From IMG/VR virus record IMGVR_UViG_3300012949_000670: a DNA stretch of 64,000 nucleotides; one strand, 5' to 3'. The translations under genes were made by a program, and so were the position numbers. Positions within the stretch are counted from its first letter, which is position 1. The number at the start of each line of letters is the position of its first letter. This document shows positions 48,338 through 57,114 of the stretch, piece by piece. Below the pieces are notes generated by a model. That model worked only from the letters and a program-made list of their open reading frames with translations. It ran no database searches and was not told where the DNA came from. This DNA is from a virus.

Positions 48338-49540
48338 ATGAATTGTAGGTATTGTACTGAAAAAACGAATGACCAAACCCGGCAAGAAGGTGGTATTGAA
48401 GTCCAGCGGGGGACAGAGATTAACGTACTCAATTTGAAAAATCCAATTTTGGAACGCAATCATTTTCCAGATGAATGGAACAGGTATATTGATTGGTTGG
48501 ATGCAAACTCTGTTACTTATTCTGGAATGCACACCATCAAAGCTGTCATGATGAAACGCAAGGCGGCGCACCGGGATTATTCATCGGCGGATAGCTGGCT
48601 CAGTTTATTGCGGCAGTGGTCGGATAGATACGCCAAAGAAACTGGAAATCCAAAGCTGTCCTTTATGGAACTGGCGCAGCTAGCCATGTATTTTGAAAAG
48701 CGTATGCTTGATGAAATTGAAAAAGGGGACGAATCAGAGTTTTTCAAGCTCCAAAATCAATCTTCACCAGCACCGTCTCAGCTCGCTATGCAAAACGTCC
48801 AAACATCACAAATGGTAAGGAATGTCGTGTTATCAAAGCTAAAAGGACAGCTCAACGAAAAGCCTCGCATTTTAGAACCGACTGCTGGAGATAGCGCACT
48901 GGCAAAGTGGCTGGTTTCCGATTATCCAAAAGCGAAGCTGGATGCCATTGATGCCGATAAAAACCGACAAAATGAACTGCGTCAAATGGGATACAATCCG
49001 GCAGGGGAAGATTTTCTTTCTTTTATCCCGCACAAAGCCTACGATGCAGTCGTAATGAATACAGCCGGAAATCCGCAAACCTATGCAGCGCAGGTTGTCC
49101 ACGGATTTGACATTCTCGCTCCGTCCGGCACGCTGGTGGCGATTGTGCCTGAAAATATTCAAGACCTGACTAAAAGCATTTCGGCGGGGAAAATGAACGC
49201 CGGAGATACGGAACGGCTACGGAAGTTTATTTACCAGTACGGGAAATTAGAACGTCTGATAACCGGCGAAAACGAAAGTCATTACATTCTTGTATTGACC
49301 AAACCCAAATGTCATCGTGGGCGCAGAAAAAAAGGTGAGGTTCGGGAAATTACGCTGGTCGCAAAGGGAACAGGGAAACGAGGCCGGCCGCGTATTCGCC
49401 CACTCCCGGATGAAAATCAGCCCAAACGGAAACGAGGCCGCCCGCGCATCCATCCACTTCCAGATGAAAATCAACCGAAGCGCAAGCGGGGGCGACCACC
49501 GGGCAGCAAAAACAAAAAGGTCGCTGCATTTGAAGCCTGA
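48338..49540 (+). CDS. Degenerate class I methyltransferase-like protein with an AT-hook tail
   Basis: ILEPTAGDSALA, GEDFL, DAVVMNTAG (in place of NPPF), GTLVAIVP. Three C-terminal RGRP motifs. Confidence 0.65.
   Translation: MNCRYCTEKTNDQTRQEGGIEVQRGTEINVLNLKNPILERNHFPDEWNRYIDWLDANSVTYSGMHTIKAVMMKRKAAHRDYSSADSWLSLLRQWSDRYAKETGNPKLSFMELAQLAMYFEKRMLDEIEKGDESEFFKLQNQSSPAPSQLAMQNVQTSQMVRNVVLSKLKGQLNEKPRILEPTAGDSALAKWLVSDYPKAKLDAIDADKNRQNELRQMGYNPAGEDFLSFIPHKAYDAVVMNTAGNPQTYAAQVVHGFDILAPSGTLVAIVPENIQDLTKSISAGKMNAGDTERLRKFIYQYGKLERLITGENESHYILVLTKPKCHRGRRKKGEVREITLVAKGTGKRGRPRIRPLPDENQPKRKRGRPRIHPLPDENQPKRKRGRPPGSKNKKVAAFEA
49379..49486 (+). repeat. Two 54-bp coding repeats (RGRPRI[R/H]PLPDENQPKRK)
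   Basis: Identical peptide apart from R/H, with synonymous nucleotide divergence. Confidence 0.85.
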
Positions 49541-49579
49541 TATAACCAAAAAGCCAGTTGTCTGGCTTTTTGGTTATAT
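49540..49579. terminator. Bidirectional terminator
   Basis: TATAACCAAAAAGCCAG / CTGGCTTTTTGGTTATA. Confidence 0.8.
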
Positions 49580-49643
49580 TTTTGACTAATTCAATGGGTT
49601 TTCGTGGTTTATATCCGGCAAACCAGAAGAGCGATGTTGCTTT

Positions 49644-50276
49644 TTATTGGTGCTTTAGGACGTGGAATTCATTTAATGGATAGTAAACCAGCAGGCCTTT
49701 GCCAATAATCTTTTTGGCGGATACCGAACCAAACGAATGGGAATCGGCTGAAAAATTCCGATTATCCCCGAGGACGAAATAATACCCTTCAGGAACGAAC
49801 CATTCACCGGCATAGCTTATCTCTTCTGGAAGATAGGCTTCTGGATAAAGAACCCCGTTGATATATACTGCTCCATTTTCGATTTTGATATTCTCACCAG
49901 GAAGTCCAATAATCCGTTTGACCAGCGCCTTTTCGGAAGTTTGCGGGTGGTGCAGAACAACTATATCGCCACGTTCAAACCTTTTTTCTCGAAATGCCAT
50001 CTTGTCTACCAAAAGCAACTGCCCGTTTTTTAGGGTAGGGGACATACTTTCGCCGTAGACTTCCACTCGCACCGTAAATACATTGGCCGCGAGATAAAAC
50101 AAAACCAGAATCAAAATCGTCGGAAGCCATTCCTTTAAAAAATTTGCCAGACGTTTTTTGAAAGGGATTGGCTCTGGTTGAAGTTCCGACTCGTTTTTCA
50201 CAGTTGTTTCTATCATCTCGATTTTATCCTGCCTATCTATATCAAAATTTGTTTTTACCAATCGTTCTTTCGTCAT
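49644..50276 (-). CDS. lepB: Signal peptidase I (S26)
   Basis: GESMSPTL, GDIVV, LVKRIIGLPG, GDNRNFSADS. Confidence 0.93.
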   Translation of the reverse strand: MTKERLVKTNFDIDRQDKIEMIETTVKNESELQPEPIPFKKRLANFLKEWLPTILILVLFYLAANVFTVRVEVYGESMSPTLKNGQLLLVDKMAFREKRFERGDIVVLHHPQTSEKALVKRIIGLPGENIKIENGAVYINGVLYPEAYLPEEISYAGEWFVPEGYYFVLGDNRNFSADSHSFGSVSAKKIIGKGLLVYYPLNEFHVLKHQ

Positions 50277-50364
50277 TAATGACGCCTCGTTTTGTCCTTA
50301 AGCAAATCAAACAAAAAATCCCCTATTGCCGGGGATTTTTTGTTTGAGAAAGAAGATGGTTGTT

Positions 50365-50961
50365 TTATCCTTCCGGACCGTTCAACGTACCAGAATGGAT
50401 TGTGACGGTAAAAGTAGCTTGATAAGAGCCTCTATAAGTCTCTGCTGGAATATACAGGTCGAAAACCGGGGTTAGCTCCCAAGTTCCCATACCTTTTTCA
50501 GCTTCAGCAGCGACGAAGGCAATCGGTTCATTTCCGAATTTCGTATAGTCGGTGACGAGGCTGTACGGGGCGCGGTCTGGGTCGCCATGCGGCTCACCAT
50601 TTTCACTAACCGCTACATTGACGTTTTCGTTTCGTAGTTTGATGCGCAACCCCGTACCCTGATTCCAGTCAATTTGTTTACCTTCAAACCCTGGTGTGAT
50701 ATTGGTGAATGGGGTGCTGCTGATAGTGGCATACCATCCAGCCCACGTACCAGTTGGGTCAACAGCGACCCACGGTTCACTGGATTGACCATTTGTTGTT
50801 TGGTCGAGGCCATTAAGCGTTACAGTGTCAAAGATTACTGTTTTTGCAGTGATGGATGGGCTGTTCCCCTCGACCGTCACGATTGCATCCGCAAAGACCG
50901 GCAAAGCTGCCGTGCCAAACAAGATTACAAAAATTGAGAGTGTTAGGAGAACCTTTTTCAT
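50365..50961 (-). CDS. WxL-domain-like secreted protein
   Basis: Signal peptide. VDPTGTWAGWYATI...LYIPAETYRGSYQATFTVTI. Confidence 0.7.
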   Translation of the reverse strand: MKKVLLTLSIFVILFGTAALPVFADAIVTVEGNSPSITAKTVIFDTVTLNGLDQTTNGQSSEPWVAVDPTGTWAGWYATISSTPFTNITPGFEGKQIDWNQGTGLRIKLRNENVNVAVSENGEPHGDPDRAPYSLVTDYTKFGNEPIAFVAAEAEKGMGTWELTPVFDLYIPAETYRGSYQATFTVTIHSGTLNGPEG

Positions 50962-51026
50962 TTTGCCACCATCATAGAAGTTGAACGAATTTAGTCTGAA
51001 GCGTGATTACGGGTGTTTAAAGAATT

Positions 51027-51066
51027 TGTCTGACGGACGGTTACGGTTATTACCGCCCGTCAGACA
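51027..51066. terminator. Hairpin between the two WxL genes
   Basis: TGTCTGACGGACGGT / ACCGCCCGTCAGACA, one mismatch. Confidence 0.55.
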
Positions 51067-51085
51067 TTGACCAGTGATTATATAT

Positions 51086-51688
51086 TTACGGGTTATTACC
51101 AGCAACGATAGTGAGGGTCGTTTCGCTGACGTAAGTACCAGCCTTTGTGGTGGCGGGGACAGTCAGCTTGAAATCGGGCTGGAAGCCGTACTGACCCATA
51201 CCTTCAGCGTAGGGTTCTTCCAATTCTTCCGCCGAGCGAGCAACCAAAATGGTCTGGCTTGCACCCAGAGGGGCGAAGTCATCAGCCCAGGCCGCGCCAA
51301 CCTGCGGCAAAGCCGAGGAGGACTGGTCGTCTGTAATGTCAGCGACGGTATCCTGAGAAAGTTTCATTTTTAGCAGGTCTTTGCCTTCATAAACCAGCGG
51401 GATGGTAGCGCCAGATTCATCTTCGTTGACGAATTCGCCAACCTCCAGCGTCATGTACCAACCGGCGGCTAGACCCGTAGCGTCACGAACTTCCCAGCGC
51501 TCGTTGTCAATATCTTCGACTTCCAAGGTGGAGCCGGTCAGTTGAGCATCACCGAAGTGAATATCAGGCTCGTTCTGAATCATTGGAGAAGCCTCACCCA
51601 TGACCGTGACGGAAGCGTCAGCAAATGCCGGGATGACCGTTCCGACAACCAGCAGAGAAAGCGCGAGTAAACCAAGAACTTTCTTCAT
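51086..51688 (-). CDS. WxL-domain-like secreted protein
   Basis: Signal peptide. VRDATGLAAGWYMTL...LTVPATTKAGTYVSETTLTI. Confidence 0.75.
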   Translation of the reverse strand: MKKVLGLLALSLLVVGTVIPAFADASVTVMGEASPMIQNEPDIHFGDAQLTGSTLEVEDIDNERWEVRDATGLAAGWYMTLEVGEFVNEDESGATIPLVYEGKDLLKMKLSQDTVADITDDQSSSALPQVGAAWADDFAPLGASQTILVARSAEELEEPYAEGMGQYGFQPDFKLTVPATTKAGTYVSETTLTIVAGNNP

Positions 51689-51763
51689 TGTGAAAAAACC
51701 TCCGAAGTTTAATTATGAGCAGACCGTTGGTTTTTGCTATAGGCGACCCGCCCTCATAATCGC

Positions 51764-51783
51764 ACGCAAGGCCATCATATTTG
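51764..51783 (-). promoter_or_regulatory. Shared 20-nt upstream motif, copy 2 (WxL gene)
   Basis: ACGCAAGGCCATCATATTTG, 19/20 identical to 802-821. Confidence 0.55.
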
Positions 51784-51916
51784 AGTCGCCTTATCACCGA
51801 TACCTATTCATAGACGAATATCTTTGCAAAGTCCTGAATCTCGTCCAATTTTTCTGATTCGGAAAGATATTTATCATTTGGGTGGAGTTTTAGCAATTTA
51901 CAACAGGCATAGTTAA

Positions 51917-51957
51917 ATCAAAAAGCCGACTCCTATTTTGGGAGTCGGCTTTTTGAT
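51917..51957. terminator. Terminator after the DUF916-like gene
   Basis: ATCAAAAAGCCGACTCC / GGAGTCGGCTTTTTGAT. Confidence 0.8.
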
Positions 51958-51960
51958 AGT

Positions 51961-53139
51961 CTACTCGTCCAATCTGTCGTCTGAATCGCTCTTATTGATA
52001 CGAACTTCCTTTTCTTGTTGTCCTTCTTTTTTCTCTTTTTTGTTAGAGAGATAAACAATTACTGCCAGAATTGCGCCGAGGCTTATCAGGAAGGTGGACG
52101 AAAGGATAATAATATTCGGGGTAGTTAACAGGTGGGCAAACGGGTCAGACTGCTGAGGTTGGGCATATTCGCCACGACCGCGTGCCTCAGCTTCTTCCTG
52201 TTCGCGAACCTGCTGTTCGGAATCGGCTTTATCCTTATCGGTAATTTCAATATCTTCGCTGTATGTGGCCGAACAACCGGGGATGTCTTTGCTTTCCAGC
52301 GTAACATCCAGTTTATATTGTCCGGGTTCGGGCAGAGGGGAGATGATAAGCGGGTAATCCACCGTGTCACCCATCACCCAATATCCCATTTCAAACAGCT
52401 TTTCTATTACCTCACCGGTTGTTTTGTCCGTTAGTGTAAAGCGCCCGCTGCCCTTGAAATGGGTGTTTCCTACGTTGGTCATGTTCATTTTGATACTGTA
52501 GACATTCGCCTGAACATTTTTCGCAAGTGAATTGATATTGATGTGGCAATCTTTGGGTTCACCAACCGTCAGGTAAATAGGAAGTCCCATCTGCGGAACA
52601 ATTCTGACCCGGAAGCCGCTAGTATCGCCATCCTCTGTTTCGACATCGGTTTCCATAACTTCCTGCTGAGTGGCTAAAAAGCCGATTACATATTCTCCGG
52701 GCGGGGTATCGGCAGGAATTTTGATATTGAATGGAATCAGACGGATATTGCCCGGAAGCTGACCCTGTTCAACCTTTTGTTTATCATTTCTCGCTTCCAG
52801 AACCATAACATTATTATCTGCCAACAGCTTTTCGTCCATAATCGTAACCCAGCTTGCCGTCCCTTCGAGTGCATCGGTCGGGAAAGCTACGCCGCCTGTC
52901 ACGGCAGTATGACCAGTCACCTGGCGAACCAGCAGCGTAACCGGGGCGGGAGCGCTGTTAATGGCGTAAAAAGCATCTTCAATCACGTCCCCCGGTTGTG
53001 CCTGATAGACGAAATAGGCTTTCGACTGGTCTTGCGGACGAAGGCCAAACCCAATTTGTGCTTCGGCGGTCAGCGTATTTGCGCCCATCACCGAAACCAA
53101 AACTGCAAAAAAAACAAAAAACCTGATAGCTTTATGCAT
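51961..53139 (-). CDS. DUF916/DUF3324-like WxL-interacting membrane protein
   Basis: Signal peptide. YFVYQAQPGDVIEDAFYAIN, IPFNIKIPADTPPGEYVIG, NVGNTH and a C-terminal TM. Confidence 0.7.
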   Translation of the reverse strand: MHKAIRFFVFFAVLVSVMGANTLTAEAQIGFGLRPQDQSKAYFVYQAQPGDVIEDAFYAINSAPAPVTLLVRQVTGHTAVTGGVAFPTDALEGTASWVTIMDEKLLADNNVMVLEARNDKQKVEQGQLPGNIRLIPFNIKIPADTPPGEYVIGFLATQQEVMETDVETEDGDTSGFRVRIVPQMGLPIYLTVGEPKDCHININSLAKNVQANVYSIKMNMTNVGNTHFKGSGRFTLTDKTTGEVIEKLFEMGYWVMGDTVDYPLIISPLPEPGQYKLDVTLESKDIPGCSATYSEDIEITDKDKADSEQQVREQEEAEARGRGEYAQPQQSDPFAHLLTTPNIIILSSTFLISLGAILAVIVYLSNKKEKKEGQQEKEVRINKSDSDDRLDE

Positions 53140-53303
53140 ATACAGCTTTTCTCCTTACTAATCATAAAAGTATCAACTAGAAAGGGTAACAGCGACGAGA
53201 TTTAATTCCCCTTTCTATTCTATAGACGGCTTAGTTCAGATTTTGCAGAATGGAATAGTTTGTCGTCTTATACTTATCACGAGTAAAGACCGAGGATGAG
53301 ATT

Positions 53304-53564
53304 GTGCTTTCCGCGAGTGGACAGTTAACACAAGTAAATAATCCAAAAGAACTAGAATTGAAAATCAAGAAAATCGCTGCGAGACAGGGTGGAATAGGTG
53401 CCAACATCCTGCTTTTTTATCGCAACGCGGTTATTGACGCTATTGAATCGAATGGATTATGGGTGACGTTCCAAGATACGCAGGAAAGCGCCTTTGTCGA
53501 GTTCTATCTTGTGTCTACATCCGTAGGGAATGCATTGGTTCCGAAAAACATTGAAGAAAGTTAA
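53304..53564 (+). CDS. Small hypothetical protein
   Basis: 86 aa, GTG start after GAGGA, followed by a terminator. Confidence 0.5.
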   Translation: MLSASGQLTQVNNPKELELKIKKIAARQGGIGANILLFYRNAVIDAIESNGLWVTFQDTQESAFVEFYLVSTSVGNALVPKNIEES

Positions 53565-53584
53565 TTGTACGAAAGGCAAAAAAA

Positions 53585-53616
53585 TAAAAAAGACCGCCCG
53601 TGAGCGGTCTTTTTTA
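53585..53616. terminator. Bidirectional terminator
   Basis: TAAAAAAGACCGC / GCGGTCTTTTTTA. Confidence 0.75.
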
Positions 53617-53627
53617 TCAACTAATGG

Positions 53628-54203
53628 TTATTCAAAATCTTCTTCGTCGAAGCCCCAATCGTCTTCCCAGCTATTGTCTGGTTGCCCAGCACCGTTTTCG
53701 TCACCGTTCAGATTGTTCCAGCTTTCATCATAGTTGTATAAAATATCCTGCGCCGGGTCATCATTGAAATAGGCGTCAATATCGTCATCTGATGTAACTG
53801 CCGGGATATTCCAATTCTGCAACAGGTCTGTGCCCTGTATTCTCTCGTTGGATATAGGGGTTTCCAAAAAATCCGTCCGCTTTGCCTTTTTTTGGTTTGC
53901 GTACTTCAAATAACCTTTACTGACCCAAACCCCATACATATAAGGGTTGTCTGGGTTTTTACCGAAATAAAAACCAACGGGCAGTCTTTCGGTTAGTGCT
54001 TCGGAAATTTTGTCAACCAATCTTTCTGCATCCGGCTTCAGTGTTTCGCCGGTAATGCTAGAAAGCCGCTGTACCATCAATATTGCCTGTGCCGACAGGC
54101 TTGGAATATACGGGGCAGAAAATTCCGCAAGGGCATTCAGGACTTCGGAAATATTGTCACTGTCAATTACGCAAAAGCTGTTGTTTACTTTGATTTTTTT
54201 CAT
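53628..54203 (-). CDS. Hypothetical protein with an acidic tail
   Basis: Start moved to MKKIKVNN (AGGTG upstream). C-terminus DDWGFDEEDFE. Confidence 0.65.
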   Translation of the reverse strand: MKKIKVNNSFCVIDSDNISEVLNALAEFSAPYIPSLSAQAILMVQRLSSITGETLKPDAERLVDKISEALTERLPVGFYFGKNPDNPYMYGVWVSKGYLKYANQKKAKRTDFLETPISNERIQGTDLLQNWNIPAVTSDDDIDAYFNDDPAQDILYNYDESWNNLNGDENGAGQPDNSWEDDWGFDEEDFE

Positions 54204-54231
54204 CTTGCTAACACCTGCAAAAGGGGAGGGT

Positions 54232-54270
54232 AAAACCGGATGGGAGTCAACCCCCATCCGGTTTTTGATT
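54232..54270. terminator. Terminator after the topoisomerase A gene
   Basis: AAAACCGGATGGG / CCCATCCGGTTTT then TGATT. Confidence 0.75.
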
Positions 54271-54271
54271 G

Positions 54272-57088
54272 TTATTGGGCTTTTGCCTTGCGCCCACGCT
54301 TCGCCGGGGCTTCGGCTTTGCCTTTTTCGGGAGCGGTTTTGCGCTTCGGCTTTTCATCGGTTGCCGGGGCTTCCGCCTTTGCCTTGCGCCCACGCTTTGT
54401 GGGCTGTTCCGGCCGTGCTTCCGCAGCGGGCTTGCGCCCACGCTTAGTCGTCTTTTCTACTGGGGCTTCTGCCTTCTTTTTAGAAGTGGTGGGCGACTTG
54501 GAAGATGCTGCCTTTTTACCCTTTGTGGGTGCCGGTGTATCTTCCGCCTTCGCGGTTTTTCGCTTGGTGGCCGGCTTCGTCTCCTGAACAGGGGCATCAC
54601 CGGCAGGGACAACGGCGATAAAGGCGACCTTTTCACCGCCGAACAGCCCGTCAAATTTCGCGGAAATATTTTCGCCGTTCTTGGAGCGGGGCTGTTCGGG
54701 GATGTCTGTGACACGGATGCGAAGCCGCTTGCCTTTTTCTGAGACCAAATCCAGCATATCGCCTTCATTGGCAACGGCATAAGCAACCGGGAGACCGGAC
54801 TGTTTTGTCGGCTTCATGGTCATTACGCCCTGTCCAGCCCGCCCCTGCACCGGGAACTCATCCAGTTTGACAAGCTTTGCAAAGCCGTTCTCTGTCACGA
54901 CAACCAGGTAGCCGTTGGTGTACTGGTCGGGGTTGAAGCAAACGCCGCCCAAAACCGGGTCGCCGTCGCGCATCTTGATGCCCGTTACACCCTTTGCGCT
55001 GGCGCTGACCACCGGGTTTACCGTGTCTGTCTCAAAGCGCAGGGCGCGTGGGTCAGCCTTCTGCATATTGCCCTGCGTGAAAAACATCGTATGGGTCGGC
55101 TTATCCGCCAGTGTCGCGAAGATGACCTCATCTTTGTCATCCGCCAGACCGATGACCGCCCCCCACGAACCTTCACTGCGGGATGAAGTGGCATCTGCCA
55201 GCTTGATGCGCTTGACGTTCCCGTTGCGAGTGCCGATGGTCAGGTAAGCTTCCGGGTCTGCCTTCATACCAGCCAGCAGCGTTTCGCCCTTATCTAAGCC
55301 TAAATCAGCATGAGAGCTGGTGTTCGGCAGTCTGCCGACATTACCAAACCACAGGCGTCCACGATTGCTAATCAGCACCACATTATCAGTAGGTTCAACG
55401 ACAAAGCGGGAAGTCACAACCTCAACCGCTCGGGCGCTTACCTTGCCGGGCTGAACGGTATCTTTATAGGTATCCGCATCTGCCCGCTGAATACCGCTGG
55501 TAGTCAGAACAACCATCTGCGGCTTTTCAGGGACAAGCAAATCCGCGACCGTAACCGTCTCCTTATGTCCGTTCTCGTTCTCCACGATGATAGTTTTGCG
55601 GGGAGTCGGGTATTTTGCGTTGATTTCCTTCATGTCTTCGATGATGAGAGATAGACGCTTGGCTTCTGAGCCGATAATCTCGTTCAGTTCCTTGATTTTT
55701 GCCAGCAGTTCCTTCTTTTCTTCTTTCAGCTTGTTGACCTCAAGGCTGACGAGACGGCGGAGCTGCATGTCAAGGATTGCCTGTGCCTGGACATCATCCA
55801 GACCGAGCAGCTTTTTCAGTTTTGTTTTAGCGGTATCAGTATCCTTCGACCCGCGAATGATGGCGACCACTTCGTCGATTTTTGCCAGCGCCGCCAGCAG
55901 AGCTTCCACGATATGAAGCCGCTTTTCCGCCTTATCTTTGTCAAAGCGGGCGCGGCGGGTAATCACCACCAGACGGTGCTTGATGAAGGCAACCAGCAGT
56001 GCCTTGAGGGACATCACCTCGGGATACATATTGCCTTCATCGTCGATGTTCAACGCTAGATGGTTGACAGATAGTGTGGTGCGCAGGTTTGTGTTAGTGA
56101 ACAGGGCATTCAGGGCTTCCTGCGGGTCGCAGCCGCGCGCCACATCGAACACGATGCGCATACCTTCCTGGTCGGACTCATCGGAAACGTCCGTGATTTT
56201 GCCAGCCAGCTTGTCCTTGACCTTCGCCACGCGTTCCAAAATCGTACCTTTCGAGATGCCGTAGGGGATTTCGGTGATGACGATTTTGGTGCGCCCGTTT
56301 TTCTCAATGTCGGCCTTAGCCTGACAGACCAGCGGAGAATAACCGGTCTCGTAGGCTTCCCGAATCATGTCCATCGAAACACCGGTCTTCTCATCCTTGC
56401 GGTAGCGGTAAATCAGTCCGCCCGTAGGAAGGTCAGGGCCGGGGATGATTTTCATCAGGTCGTCCACTGTGATTTTGTCGAGGTTTTTCCAGTTGGACGC
56501 CAGATAGATGACCGCATCACAGACTTCGTTGAGATTGTGGGGCAGGATGTCGGTGGACATACCGACTGCAATACCAGTTGTGCCGTTTACCAGCAGGTTG
56601 GGGAAGCGGGCGGGCAGGACAACCGGTTCTTTCAGCGTCCCGTCAAAGTTTTCAATGAAGTCAACCGTATCGCGGTCAATTTCATTCAGCATCAGCGCAC
56701 CGAACTCGCTCAATTTTGCTTCGGTATAGCGCATAGCCGCCGCACCGTCACCATCGATAGAGCCGAAGTTTCCCTGTCCGATGACCAGCGGCACACCCAT
56801 CGCCCAATCCTGTGCCAAACGCACCAGCGCACCGTATACCGAGGAATCACCGTGCGGGTGGTATTTACCCAGCACTTCACCCACGATACGGGCGCATTTC
56901 AAGGTTTTGGCATTGGGCAGCAGGTTCAGCTCACCCATTGCATACAACACTCGGCGGTGAACGGGCTTCAAGCCGTCACGAGCGTCAGGAATTGCACGGT
57001 CAAGGATGGTCTTTTCCGCATAAGTGACCATCCATTTTTCAATTCTTTCACCAATATCCTGTTTTACAATCGTTCTTATGTCTGCCAT
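54272..57088 (-). CDS. gyrA: Type IIA topoisomerase subunit A (GyrA/ParC) with a basic KRGRK tail
   Basis: RAIPDARDGLKPVHRR, YHPHGDSSVY, AAAMRYTE, FPNLLVNG. No recognisable GyrA box. Confidence 0.9.
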   Translation of the reverse strand: MADIRTIVKQDIGERIEKWMVTYAEKTILDRAIPDARDGLKPVHRRVLYAMGELNLLPNAKTLKCARIVGEVLGKYHPHGDSSVYGALVRLAQDWAMGVPLVIGQGNFGSIDGDGAAAMRYTEAKLSEFGALMLNEIDRDTVDFIENFDGTLKEPVVLPARFPNLLVNGTTGIAVGMSTDILPHNLNEVCDAVIYLASNWKNLDKITVDDLMKIIPGPDLPTGGLIYRYRKDEKTGVSMDMIREAYETGYSPLVCQAKADIEKNGRTKIVITEIPYGISKGTILERVAKVKDKLAGKITDVSDESDQEGMRIVFDVARGCDPQEALNALFTNTNLRTTLSVNHLALNIDDEGNMYPEVMSLKALLVAFIKHRLVVITRRARFDKDKAEKRLHIVEALLAALAKIDEVVAIIRGSKDTDTAKTKLKKLLGLDDVQAQAILDMQLRRLVSLEVNKLKEEKKELLAKIKELNEIIGSEAKRLSLIIEDMKEINAKYPTPRKTIIVENENGHKETVTVADLLVPEKPQMVVLTTSGIQRADADTYKDTVQPGKVSARAVEVVTSRFVVEPTDNVVLISNRGRLWFGNVGRLPNTSSHADLGLDKGETLLAGMKADPEAYLTIGTRNGNVKRIKLADATSSRSEGSWGAVIGLADDKDEVIFATLADKPTHTMFFTQGNMQKADPRALRFETDTVNPVVSASAKGVTGIKMRDGDPVLGGVCFNPDQYTNGYLVVVTENGFAKLVKLDEFPVQGRAGQGVMTMKPTKQSGLPVAYAVANEGDMLDLVSEKGKRLRIRVTDIPEQPRSKNGENISAKFDGLFGGEKVAFIAVVPAGDAPVQETKPATKRKTAKAEDTPAPTKGKKAASSKSPTTSKKKAEAPVEKTTKRGRKPAAEARPEQPTKRGRKAKAEAPATDEKPKRKTAPEKGKAEAPAKRGRKAKAQ

Positions 57089-57114
57089 ATAGCTTTTCTC
57101 TCAGATTTTCTGTT

